Shown piece by piece: positions 49,324 to 58,847 of a stretch of DNA of 64,000 nt. Source of the DNA: Pseudomonas aeruginosa PAO1 (GTDB taxonomy: Bacteria; Pseudomonadota; Gammaproteobacteria; Pseudomonadales; Pseudomonadaceae). The stretch lies in NCBI RefSeq assembly GCF_000006765.1, contig NC_002516.2; one strand, written 5' to 3'. Every line of letters begins with the position of its first letter. Positions within the stretch are counted from its first letter, which is position 1. The translations under genes were made by a program, and so were the position numbers. A model generated the notes under the pieces. The model had not been told where the DNA came from, searched no databases, and saw only the letters and a program-made list of their open reading frames with translations.

Positions 49324-50505
49324 TCAGAGTTCGACGCGAACCGCCTGGGCGGCCCGGGTCGCCTTGGCGCGGGCGGCGTCGATCGACTCGTCGCGCGCCA
49401 GGGCCACGCCCATCCGCCGCTGGCCATCCACTTCCGGCTTGCCGAACAGGCGTAGCGCCGTATCCGCCTCGCTCAGCGCGGCGCCGAGGTTGGCGAAAGC
49501 GACCTGCCGGGACTTGCCTTCCACCAGGATCACCGCCGAGGCCGACGGGCCGAGCTGGCGGATCACCGGGATCGGCAGGCCGAGGATCGCCCGCGCGTGC
49601 AGCGCGAACTCGGAAAGATCCTGGGAAATCAGGGTCACCAGGCCGGTATCGTGCGGACGCGGCGACACCTCGCTGAACCACACCTGGTCGCCCTTGACGA
49701 ACAGTTCGACGCCGAACAGCCCGCGTCCGCCGAGGGCCTCGGTCACTGCCCGGGCGACCCGCTCGGACTCGGCCAGGGCCTGCGCGCTCATCGCCTGCGG
49801 CTGCCAGGACTCGTGGTAGTCGCCCTTGACCTGGCGGTGACCGATCGGCGCGCAGAAAGTGGTGCCGTCGACGTGGCGCACGGTGAGCAGGGTGATTTCG
49901 TAGTCGAAATCGATGAAGCCCTCGACGATCACCCGGCCCTTGCCGGCGCGCCCGCCTTCCTGGGCATAGTCCCAGGCCGCCTGCAGGTCGTCGGGGCCTT
50001 TCAGGACGCTCTGGCCCTTGCCCGACGAACTCATGATCGGCTTCACCACGCAGGGGTAGCCGACGCGCTCGACGCCACGGCGGTAGTCCTCGAAGGTATC
50101 GGCGAAGTGATAGGGCGAGGTCGGCAAGCCGAGCTCCTCGGCAGCCAGCCGGCGGATACCCTCGCGGTTCATGGTCAGTTGCGCGGCGCGGGCGGTGGGC
50201 ACCACGGTGTAGCCTTCGGCCTCCAGCTCGACCAGGGTCGCGGTGGCGATGGCCTCGATCTCCGGCACGATGTAGTGCGGCTTCTCCTGCTCGATCACCG
50301 CGCGCAGGGCGGCGCCGTCGAGCATGCTGATCACGTGGCTGCGATGTGCCACCTGCATGGCCGGCGCGTTGCCATAGCGATCGACGGCGATCACTTCGCA
50401 ACCCAGGCGTTGCAGCTCGATGGCGACTTCCTTGCCCAGCTCGCCGGAGCCACAGAGAAGGACGCGGGTCGCGCTCGGCGACAGGGGGGTACCGATACGG
50501 GTCAT
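49324..50505 (-). CDS. purT: Formate-dependent GAR transformylase
   Basis: [39 protein letters not shown]. Confidence 0.98.
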   Translation of the reverse strand: MTRIGTPLSPSATRVLLCGSGELGKEVAIELQRLGCEVIAVDRYGNAPAMQVAHRSHVISMLDGAALRAVIEQEKPHYIVPEIEAIATATLVELEAEGYTVVPTARAAQLTMNREGIRRLAAEELGLPTSPYHFADTFEDYRRGVERVGYPCVVKPIMSSSGKGQSVLKGPDDLQAAWDYAQEGGRAGKGRVIVEGFIDFDYEITLLTVRHVDGTTFCAPIGHRQVKGDYHESWQPQAMSAQALAESERVARAVTEALGGRGLFGVELFVKGDQVWFSEVSPRPHDTGLVTLISQDLSEFALHARAILGLPIPVIRQLGPSASAVILVEGKSRQVAFANLGAALSEADTALRLFGKPEVDGQRRMGVALARDESIDAARAKATRAAQAVRVEL

Positions 50506-50542
50506 GGAAGAACCTCGGAAATGAAAGAAAACGGAATCCGCT

Positions 50543-50737
50543 TCAGGCGGAACCGCTGACCAGCCCTTGCGCCTTGGCGCGCTCGAAACAGCGACCGAGC
50601 ACCTCGCGGCGCTCGTCGTTGCTCATCAGGCCCCAGCGGGTGATCTCGGCCGCCGTGCGCTGGCAGCCGATGCAGATGTCCTGCTCGTCCAGCGCACAGA
50701 CATGCACGCAGGGCGAAGCCACCGGTCGCTCGTTCAC
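50543..50737 (-). CDS. DUF1289 family small Cys-rich protein (GTG start overlapping the upstream stop; about PA3752)
   Basis: [28 protein letters not shown]. Confidence 0.82.
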
Positions 50738-51258
50738 GCCGGGTCCTCGACGAGGTCGCGGGCGTAACGGCGGGCATTGTGCACATAGTGGGCGGCGCTG
50801 GCCTCGAGCATTTTCTTCTGCGGCTCGCTCAGCTCGCGCACTACCTTGCCCGGCGAGCCCATCACCAGCGAGCCGTCGGGAATCTCCTTGCCCTCGGGAA
50901 TCAGCGCGTTGGCGCCGATGATGCAGTACTTGCCGATCTTCGCCCCATTGAGGATCACCGCGTTGATCCCCACCAGGCTGTAGTCGCCCACGCTGCAACC
51001 ATGCAGCATGGCGTTGTGGCCGACGGTGACGCCCTTGCCGAGGGTCAGCGGATAGCCCATGTCGGTGTGCATCACCGAGCCGTCCTGGACGTTGCTGTGC
51101 TCGCCGATATGGATCAGCTCGTTGTCGCCGCGCAGCACCGCGCCAAACCAGACGCTGGCGCCGGCATCCAGGCGAACCTTGCCGATCACCGCTGCGCTGG
51201 GCGCGATCCAGCTGTCGGGATGGGTTTCGACGCGGGCATCGCCCAGGCGGTATTTCAT
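50734..51258 (-). CDS. Gamma-carbonic anhydrase / YrdA-like hexapeptide-repeat protein (about PA3753)
   Basis: [25 protein letters not shown]. Confidence 0.92.
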
Positions 51259-51295
51259 CGCGATCTCCTCATGGCCGGGGTCTGCGCCCCGTCGG

Positions 51296-51907
51296 TCAAC
51301 TCAGTTTGATGAACGAAGCCGGCGGCGTGTGCAGGTCGATGGGGTCGTCGTACAGCAGGTTGACCAACTCCACCACCATGATGGCCGTCAGGCCCCAGAT
51401 CTTGAACTCGCCGAAGCGATAGCTGGGCACGTACCAGCTGCGGCCGAAGTAGTCGATACGGTGGGTGACCTCGCGCGGGTCGTCGCGAAAGAAACTCAGC
51501 GGCACGTTGAACACCGCGGCGATCTCGCCGTCGTTGGGCTGGTACTCGACGAAGTCGGGAATGAAGGCGACATAGGGAGTGACCTCGATGCCATGCCGCG
51601 AGACCAGGGTGCTCAGCGGCCCGACCACTTCCACCAGGCCCGGCGGCAAGGCGATCTCCTCCTCCGCCTCGCGCAGGGCGGTGCGCACCAGGTCGGCATC
51701 TTCCGGGTCGCGCCGCCCGCCGGGGAAGGCGACCTCGCCGCCATGGGTGGACAAACCGGCGGCGCGCAGGGTCAGCACCAGCTCCGGATCGTCGCTGCGG
51801 GTGATGGGCACCAGCACGGCCGCTTGGGGGAAGCGCTGGTCGGTATCCAGTTGGCGGGGGCGGTGCGCCTCGATGCGTTGGCGCAGCTCGTCGAGCGTGC
51901 AGTTCAT
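51296..51907 (-). CDS. Nudix CoA pyrophosphatase (NudL/YeaB-like; about PA3754)
   Basis: [18 protein letters not shown] plus ALREAEEEI; IWGLTA. Confidence 0.9.
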
Positions 51908-52047
51908 ACTGCCGGGGTTTCCGAGGTCTTGTCGTTTCCCCGAGATCATGGCACGAAAGCCCCGGCCAGCCCACCCCTCCCGCACGGGGCCTTGTCGCCT
52001 CCCGGCCAGCCGAGCAAGATAGGCCTTTCCCCGAAGAAGAACCTGGC

Positions 52048-52602
52048 ATGAAATTCTGCAGCCTGTGCGGCGCCACGGTGGTCCAGCGCATCCCGGACGG
52101 CGACAACCGCCTGCGCTACGTCTGCGACGCCTGCCACACCGTGCACTACCAGAACCCGCGTATCGTCGCCGGCAGCCTGCCGGTGTGGGACGGCCAGGTC
52201 CTGCTCTGCCGTCGCGCCATTGCGCCGCGCCTGGGCTACTGGACGCTGCCGGCCGGCTTCATGGAGAACGGCGAGACCCTCGCCCAGGCGGCGGCCCGCG
52301 AGACAGAGGAAGAAGCCAACGCGCGGATCGGCGACCTGCAGCTCTATACCCTTTTCGACCTGCCGCACATCAGCCAGGTCTACCTGTTCTTCCGCGCCGA
52401 GCTGCTCGACCTGGATTTCTCCGCCGGCGATGAAAGCCTGGAGGTGCGGCTTTTCGACGAAGCGGAGATTCCCTGGTCGGAGCTGGCTTTTCCGACCATC
52501 GGCCGTACCTTAGAATGCTACTTCAGCGACCGCCGCGAAGGCTGCTTCCCGGTGCGCAACGAAGCCATTGCACCTATGCTGGCTTCCTATAAGAAAGACT
52601 GA
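52048..52602 (+). CDS. Zinc-ribbon Nudix hydrolase (about PA3755)
   Basis: CSLCG..CDAC zinc ribbon; GFMENGETLAQAAARETEEEA Nudix box. Confidence 0.9.
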   Translation: MKFCSLCGATVVQRIPDGDNRLRYVCDACHTVHYQNPRIVAGSLPVWDGQVLLCRRAIAPRLGYWTLPAGFMENGETLAQAAARETEEEANARIGDLQLYTLFDLPHISQVYLFFRAELLDLDFSAGDESLEVRLFDEAEIPWSELAFPTIGRTLECYFSDRREGCFPVRNEAIAPMLASYKKD

Positions 52603-52664
52603 ACGCCAAACACTCGAACACCGCCGCCGTTGCGGCTCAAGGGAACATCGGGGATTTCACTTCC

Positions 52665-53165
52665 ATGCGCTGGTTGCTTGCTTTGCTGTGCTTGACCTTC
52701 GCCAGTCTGACCCAGGCCAATGCCGCGCCGAGCCTGGAAGGCAAGGTGGACAAGGTCCTGGTGCTCAAGTCCGAGCGAAAACTGCTGCTCCTCAACAAAG
52801 GCAACGTCCTGAAAAGCTACCGTGTCTCGCTGGGCAAGCGCCCGACCGGCCCGAAGCTGGCCGAAGGCGACAACCGCACCCCGGAAGGCTTCTACTGGAT
52901 CGACTGGCGCAAGACCAGCAACAACTACAACCTCTCCATGCACATTTCCTACCCCAACGCCCGCGACGTGGCCAAGGCCCGGGAAAAGGGCCTGCCGGCC
53001 GGTGGCATGATCATGATCCACGGCACCCCGCTGGATGACGAATACCCGGAGTGGTACTTCTCCACCCTGGACTGGACCAATGGCTGTATCGCCATGAACA
53101 ACACCGACATGCGCGAAGTCTGGAGCGTGGTGAAAGACGGCACGCTGATCGAGATCCGCCCCTGA
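52665..53165 (+). CDS. L,D-transpeptidase (YkuD) family exported protein (about PA3756)
   Basis: Signal peptide; EGDNRTPEG; IMIHG..WTNGCIAM catalytic His/Cys. Confidence 0.9.
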   Translation: MRWLLALLCLTFASLTQANAAPSLEGKVDKVLVLKSERKLLLLNKGNVLKSYRVSLGKRPTGPKLAEGDNRTPEGFYWIDWRKTSNNYNLSMHISYPNARDVAKAREKGLPAGGMIMIHGTPLDDEYPEWYFSTLDWTNGCIAMNNTDMREVWSVVKDGTLIEIRP

Positions 53166-53208
53166 CAGAACCAGGCTGATACCACTCGTCAGCCGTCAGC
53201 CACGCCAG

Positions 53209-53246
53209 GAACGCCGCCGCGAGATTTTCCGGCGGCGTTTTCTTTT
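53209..53246 (+). terminator. Intrinsic terminator
   Basis: AACGCCGCC-N12-GGCGGCGTT followed by TTCTTTT. Confidence 0.65.
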
Positions 53247-53330
53247 ATCCGTCAAACCCTTGCATCCCTTACTCAGGCCGAGTCAATCGACGGGACGGCT
53301 GGCTGACGCGTGCGCGACGCACAACTGGCA

Positions 53331-53359
53331 TTGACGTGGTATTCAAGTGGTATTAGTTT
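53331..53359 (+). promoter_or_regulatory. nag operon promoter (TTGACG-17-TAGTTT) with tandem GTGGTATT operator repeats at 53336-53343 and 53347-53354
   Basis: Direct repeat with an 11-bp period overlapping the spacer; resembles the NagQ TGGTATT motif. Confidence 0.75.
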
Positions 53360-53407
53360 TCCCAGCATTACCGGGCGACAACAACACAATCCGCATCGGA
53401 ACCTCTC

Positions 53408-54151
53408 ATGAAGACAGCCCACGACCTGCTCCTGGCCCTGCGTCCCGACGAGGCGCAACCCACCCCCCTCTATCTGCAACTGGCGCGCAATCTCGAGAGC
53501 GCGATCCATGCCGGCCAGTGGAAAGCGGAGGAAGCGCTGCCCTCCGAACGCAACCTCAGCGAAACCCTGAACATTTCCCGCGTCACCGCGCGCAAGGCCC
53601 TCGAAGTACTCTTCGAGCAGGGCCTGATCCGCCGCAACCAGGGCTCCGGCACCTTCATTACGCCGCGTCTCGAACAACCGTTGTCGCGTCTCTCCAGCTT
53701 CAGCGAGATGCTCCGCCTGAAAGGCTTCACCCCCGGCTCCACCTGGCTGGAGCGCGGCATCGCCCTGCCCACCCACGACGAACTGATCCGCCTCGGCCTC
53801 TCGCCGACCGAGAAGGTCACGCGCATGAAGCGCCTGCGCAAGGCCGACGGCACAGTGATGGCGATCGAGAACAGCACCCTGCCGGCGCGCCTGCTGCCGG
53901 ACCCGACAGCGGTCGGCGATTCCCTCTACGAATACCTGGACGGCATCGGTCGCCCAGTGGTCCGCGCCCTCCAGCACGTGCGCGCGATCAACTCGTCCGC
54001 GTCCGATGCCGCGCTGGTCGGCATCGCGCCGGGCACCGCGATGCTGCTGATGACCCGGATCGGCTACCTCGAGGACAACACCCCGATCGAGCTGACCGAC
54101 ACCTACTGCCGCAACGACTACTACGACTTCGTCGCCGAACTGCGACGCTGA
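53408..54151 (+). CDS. GntR/HutC-family regulator of GlcNAc utilisation (NagQ/NagR type; about PA3757)
   Basis: PLYLQL..LPSERNL..ISRVTARKAL winged HTH plus UTRA domain; heads the nag operon. Confidence 0.92.
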   Translation: MKTAHDLLLALRPDEAQPTPLYLQLARNLESAIHAGQWKAEEALPSERNLSETLNISRVTARKALEVLFEQGLIRRNQGSGTFITPRLEQPLSRLSSFSEMLRLKGFTPGSTWLERGIALPTHDELIRLGLSPTEKVTRMKRLRKADGTVMAIENSTLPARLLPDPTAVGDSLYEYLDGIGRPVVRALQHVRAINSSASDAALVGIAPGTAMLLMTRIGYLEDNTPIELTDTYCRNDYYDFVAELRR

Positions 54152-54167
54152 CCGACACGGAGCCGCC

Positions 54168-55259
54168 ATGCTCGAAGGCAACATTCTCACCCCGCAAGGC
54201 TGGGTCCTCGGCCGCCTACACATCCAGGACGGGCGTATCCAGCGGATCGAAGGCGAGCCCTGCGATCCGGCCGGCAACGCCGATCCGTACCTGCTGCCAG
54301 GCTTCATCGACCTGCATGTGCACGGCGGCGGCGGCCGCGACATCATGGAAGGCGGCGACGCCTTCGCCACCATCGCCCGCACCCACCGGCGCTTCGGCAC
54401 GACCTCGCTGCTGGCCACCACCATGACCGCACCGCGCGAGGAGATCGCCGACATCCTCAGCCAGCTCGGCGCTTACTGCCGCCGCTCGCTGGAGGGCGGT
54501 TCACGGATACTCGGCGTGCACCTGGAAGGCCCCTACATCAACTCCGGCAAGCTCGGCGCGCAGCCCAACTTCGCCCATGCCGCGGTGCTCGAGGAAGTCG
54601 AGGACTACCTGCGCCGCGCGCCGATCCGGGTGATCACCATCGCCCCCGAGATCGCCGGACACCGGCCGCTGATCCGCGCCCTCGCCGAGCGCGGCGTACG
54701 CCTGCAGATCGGCCATACCCTGGGCAGCTACGAGGACGGCGTGGCCGCACTGGAAGCCGGCGCCAGCAGCTTCACCCACCTCTACAACGCGATGACCGGC
54801 CTGCACCACCGCGAACCGGGTATCGTCGGCGCGGCCCTGGCCCACGCACGCTACGCCGAGCTGATCCCCGACCTGCTGCATGTCCATCCCGGCGCCATCA
54901 GGGTGGCCCTGCGTTCGATCCCGTGCCTGTACTGCGTGACCGACTCCACCGCCGCCGCCGGCATGCCCGACGGCCAGTACAAGCTCGGCAGCCACACGGT
55001 GACCAAGTGCCTGGGCGGCGTGCGCCTGCCCGACGGCACTCTGGCCGGCAGCACCCTGACCATGGACCAGGCGCTGCGCAACCTGGTGAAGATCGGCCTG
55101 CCCCTGGCCGAAGCCTCGCAACGCCTTTCGCAATTCCCCGCCGATTACCTCGGCCTCGCCGAGCGCGGCCGCCTGGCGCCCGCAGCCTGGGCCGATGTGG
55201 TGCGCCTGGATCGCTCCCTGGAACTCGACGCCGTGATGGTGGAAGGAGAACTCGAATGA
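54168..55259 (+). CDS. nagA: N-acetylglucosamine-6-phosphate deacetylase
   Basis: PGFIDLHVHGGGG, GVHLEGP, THLYNAM, VTDS. Confidence 0.96.
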   Translation: MLEGNILTPQGWVLGRLHIQDGRIQRIEGEPCDPAGNADPYLLPGFIDLHVHGGGGRDIMEGGDAFATIARTHRRFGTTSLLATTMTAPREEIADILSQLGAYCRRSLEGGSRILGVHLEGPYINSGKLGAQPNFAHAAVLEEVEDYLRRAPIRVITIAPEIAGHRPLIRALAERGVRLQIGHTLGSYEDGVAALEAGASSFTHLYNAMTGLHHREPGIVGAALAHARYAELIPDLLHVHPGAIRVALRSIPCLYCVTDSTAAAGMPDGQYKLGSHTVTKCLGGVRLPDGTLAGSTLTMDQALRNLVKIGLPLAEASQRLSQFPADYLGLAERGRLAPAAWADVVRLDRSLELDAVMVEGELE

Positions 55260-56278
55260 CTTCGCTGATGCTCGAGGAAGCGCTCTCCGCCGCCACGGTG
55301 GCGAGCCGTCAACTGGCCGTGCTCGACGCCTGCCTGCCGGCGCTTGGCCAGCGTCTGCGGGAGGTCGATCCGAACCTGGCGCTGACCGTCGCGCGCGGCA
55401 GCTCCGACCATGCCGCCAGCTACTTCGCCTACCTGGCCATGCAGCACGCCGGCTTGCCGGTGGCCTCGCTGCCCATGTCGGTAGTGACCCTGAACCGCTC
55501 GCCACTGCGTGTCGCCGGGCAGGCCGTCTTCGCTTTCTCGCAGTCCGGGCAGAGCCCCGATCTCGTGGACAGCCTGCGCATCCTGCGCGAACGCGGCGCC
55601 CTGGGCATCGCCCTGGTGAATGCCGAGGATTCGCCGCTGGAAGCCGCCAGCGAATTCGTCGTGCCGCTCTGCGCCGGCGCCGAGCGCAGCGTCGCAGCGA
55701 CCAAGAGCTTCATCGCCACGCTCAGCGCCAGCGCCCGCCTGCTCGCCCACTGGCAGCGCGACAATGCCCTGCTGGCCGCAGGCCAGGGCCTGGCGGCCGG
55801 GCTGGAGCAGGCCGCCAGGCTCGACTGGTCGCCGGCCATCGAGGTCCTGCGCGACTGCCAGCGGCTGATGGTGATCGGTCGCGGCGCCGGCTACGCCATC
55901 GCCCAGGAGGCCGCGCTGAAATTCAAGGAAACCTCGGCGATCCAGGCCGAGGCCTTCAGCAGCGCCGAGGTCCGCCATGGACCGATGGCGCTGGTCGAGG
56001 AGCGCTATCCGCTGCTGGTGTTCGCTCCCCGCGGCCCGGAGCAGGAAGGCCTGCTGGCGCTCGCCGAGGATATGCGCCAGCGCGGTGCGCAGGTATTGCT
56101 CGCCGCCCCGGACGACATCGCCGAACGCGACCTGCCGCTGCAGCGCGCCGCGCATCCGGCGCTCGATCCGATCCTGGCGATCCAGAGTTTCTACGTCATG
56201 GCCGCCGGCCTGGCCGAAGCCCGCGGCATGGACCCGGACCAGCCACGGCACCTGAGCAAAGTCACCCGAACCCACTGA
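55256..56278 (+). CDS. SIS-domain protein (GlmS C-terminal-like); probable glucosamine-6-P deaminase of NagB-II type (about PA3759)
   Basis: ARGSSDHA, SQSGQSPD, VAATKSF, EAALKFKE, HGP, PRHLSKVT; no glutaminase domain; ATGA overlap with nagA. Confidence 0.9.
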   Translation: MTSLMLEEALSAATVASRQLAVLDACLPALGQRLREVDPNLALTVARGSSDHAASYFAYLAMQHAGLPVASLPMSVVTLNRSPLRVAGQAVFAFSQSGQSPDLVDSLRILRERGALGIALVNAEDSPLEAASEFVVPLCAGAERSVAATKSFIATLSASARLLAHWQRDNALLAAGQGLAAGLEQAARLDWSPAIEVLRDCQRLMVIGRGAGYAIAQEAALKFKETSAIQAEAFSSAEVRHGPMALVEERYPLLVFAPRGPEQEGLLALAEDMRQRGAQVLLAAPDDIAERDLPLQRAAHPALDPILAIQSFYVMAAGLAEARGMDPDQPRHLSKVTRTH

Positions 56279-56294
56279 GCCTGAGCGCGCGCCC

Positions 56295-58823
56295 ATGAAC
56301 AACAAGAATCTCGCCCTCAAAGCGCCCCTGAGCGGCCCCGTGATGCCGCTCAACCGAGTACCCGACCCGGTGTTTTCCAGCGGCACCCTGGGCGAAGGCA
56401 TCGCCATCGACCCGCTCAACGACTGCCTGCACGCGCCCTGCGCCGGGCTGGTCAGCCACTTGGCGCGAACCCGCCACGCGCTCAGCCTGCGCGCCGACAA
56501 CGGTGCCGAGCTGCTGCTGCACGTCGGCCTCGACACCGTACAGCTGCAAGGCGAAGGCTTCGAGGCGCTGGTCGAGGAAGGTGCGCGGGTGATCGAGGGC
56601 CAGCCGCTGCTGCGCTTCGACCTGGACCGCGTCGCCCGCGGCAGCCGCAGTCTGATCACGGTGATGATCCTGACCAACGGCGACGGCTTCCAGGTACGCC
56701 CGCTGACCACCAACCCGGTGGAGGTCGGCGCGCCGCTCCTGCAACTGAGTCCGGAGAAGGCCGAGCAACGTCCGGCCAATCCCGCGCCTGGCGAAGGCTC
56801 CGCGCAGCGCCAGGTCCGCGGGCGGGCGCGGGTCGCCCATCATGGCGGTCTGCACGCACGCCCGGCAGCGCTGCTACGCAAGACCGCGCAGGGCTTTTCC
56901 AGCCAGGCCGAACTGCACTTCGCCGGGCAGGTGGCCAGCGTCGACAGCCTGGTCGGCATCATGGGCCTGGGGGTCGCCGAACAGGACGAGGTAGAGGTGA
57001 TCTGTCGCGGCGAAGACAGCGAGGCGGCCCTCGGCGCCCTGCTCGCGGCCCTCGCCAGCGCCACCGCGGGGGCTCCGAAGGATGCCCCGCGCGCCATCGC
57101 CCCGGGCGAGCCGGCGCGACCTGCGGCTGTCGCCGGTACCCTGGCCGGCGTCTGCGCTTCGCCCGGCCTGGCCAGCGGTCCCCTGGCGCGGCTCGGCGCC
57201 ATCAGCCTGCCGGCGGATGACGGCCGGCATCGTCCCGAGGAACAGCACCTCGCCCTGGACCAGGCCCTGCAACGGGTGCGCGACGACGTACAGGGGAGCC
57301 TGCAGCAGGCCAGGCTCGGCGGCGACGAGAACGAAGCGGCGATCTTTTCCGCGCATCTCGCGCTGCTGGAAGACCCGGGTCTGCTGGACGCCGCCGACAT
57401 GCTGATCGACCAGGGCGTCGGCGCCGCCCACGCCTGGCACCGGGCGATCCAGGCCCAGTGCGAGATTCTCCAGGCGCTGGGCAACCTGCTGCTGGCCGAG
57501 CGCGCCAACGACCTGCGCGACCTGGAAAAACGCGTGCTGCGGGTACTGCTCGGCGACACCGCGCCGTTGCGGGTGCCTGCTGGGGCCATCGTCGCCGCCC
57601 GGGAGATCACCCCCTCCGACCTCGCGCCGCTGGTGGATGCCGGCGCGGCTGGCCTGTGCATGGCCGAAGGCGGCGCCACCTCCCACGTGGCCATCCTCGC
57701 CCGCAGCAAGGGCCTGCCGTGCCTGGTGGCGCTCGGCGCCGGGCTGCTGGAGCTGGAGGAAGGCCGGCAGGTGGTGCTGGACGCCGGCCAGGGCCGGCTG
57801 GAACTCAGCCCCGACGCTCGACGCCTGGAGCAGGTCGCCTTGCAAGTGGCGCAGCGCGAGGAACAACGCCGCCGCCAGCAGGCCGATGCGCAGCGCGAGG
57901 CGCTCACCCGCGACGGCCGGCGCATCGAGATCGGCGCCAACGTCGCCTCGCCGCGCGAGGCCGCCGAAGCCTTCGCCAACGGCGCCGACGGGGTCGGCCT
58001 GCTACGCACCGAGTTTCTCTTCCTCGAGCGCCGCGCCGCGCCCGACGAAGAGGAGCAGCGCAACGCCTACCAGGAGGTCCTGGACGCCATGGGCCAGCGC
58101 AAGGTGATCATCCGCACCATCGATGTCGGCGGCGACAAGCACCTCGACTACCTGCCGCTGCCGGTGGAAGAAAACCCAGCACTGGGCCTGCGCGGCATCC
58201 ACCTCGGCCAGGCGCGCCCGGAGCTGCTCGACCAGCAGTTGCGCGCGCTGCTGAGGGTCGAACCACTGGAACGCTGCCGGATACTGCTGCCGATGGTCAG
58301 CGAGGTCGACGAACTGCGCGCCATCCGTCGCCGCCTCGGCGAGCTGGCCACGCAGTTGGGGATCGAGCGCCTGCCCGAACTCGGGGTGATGATCGAAGTG
58401 CCCTCCGCCGCCCTGCTCGCCGATCAACTGGCCGAACACGCCGACTTCCTCTCCATCGGCACCAACGACCTGTCGCAGTACGCCCTGGCCATGGACCGTT
58501 GCCACGCCGGCCTGGCCGACCGCATCGACGCCCTGCACCCGGCGCTGCTGCGGCTGATCGCCCAGACCTGCGCCGGAGCAGCCCGCCACGGCCGCTGGGT
58601 CGGCGTCTGCGGTGCGCTGGCCTCGGACCCGCTGGCGACACCGGTACTGGTCGGCCTCGGGGTCGAGGAATTGTCCGTCGGGCCGAACCTGGTCGGCGAG
58701 ATCAAGACCCGGGTGCGCCAGCTCGACGCCGCTGAATGCCGCCGCCACGCCCAGGCGCTACTGGACCTGGGCAGCGCCCGGGCGGTGCGCGACGCCTGCC
58801 TGCAACACTGGCCGCTGGCCTGA
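56295..58823 (+). CDS. nagF: PTS EIIA-HPr-EI fusion protein for GlcNAc
   Basis: EIIA LLLHVGLDT, HPr GLHARPA, EI GGATSHVAILAR, GLLRTEFLF, SIGTNDL. Confidence 0.92.
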   Translation: MNNKNLALKAPLSGPVMPLNRVPDPVFSSGTLGEGIAIDPLNDCLHAPCAGLVSHLARTRHALSLRADNGAELLLHVGLDTVQLQGEGFEALVEEGARVIEGQPLLRFDLDRVARGSRSLITVMILTNGDGFQVRPLTTNPVEVGAPLLQLSPEKAEQRPANPAPGEGSAQRQVRGRARVAHHGGLHARPAALLRKTAQGFSSQAELHFAGQVASVDSLVGIMGLGVAEQDEVEVICRGEDSEAALGALLAALASATAGAPKDAPRAIAPGEPARPAAVAGTLAGVCASPGLASGPLARLGAISLPADDGRHRPEEQHLALDQALQRVRDDVQGSLQQARLGGDENEAAIFSAHLALLEDPGLLDAADMLIDQGVGAAHAWHRAIQAQCEILQALGNLLLAERANDLRDLEKRVLRVLLGDTAPLRVPAGAIVAAREITPSDLAPLVDAGAAGLCMAEGGATSHVAILARSKGLPCLVALGAGLLELEEGRQVVLDAGQGRLELSPDARRLEQVALQVAQREEQRRRQQADAQREALTRDGRRIEIGANVASPREAAEAFANGADGVGLLRTEFLFLERRAAPDEEEQRNAYQEVLDAMGQRKVIIRTIDVGGDKHLDYLPLPVEENPALGLRGIHLGQARPELLDQQLRALLRVEPLERCRILLPMVSEVDELRAIRRRLGELATQLGIERLPELGVMIEVPSAALLADQLAEHADFLSIGTNDLSQYALAMDRCHAGLADRIDALHPALLRLIAQTCAGAARHGRWVGVCGALASDPLATPVLVGLGVEELSVGPNLVGEIKTRVRQLDAAECRRHAQALLDLGSARAVRDACLQHWPLA

Positions 58824-58847
58824 CAAGAACAATCGGAGACCACCGCC

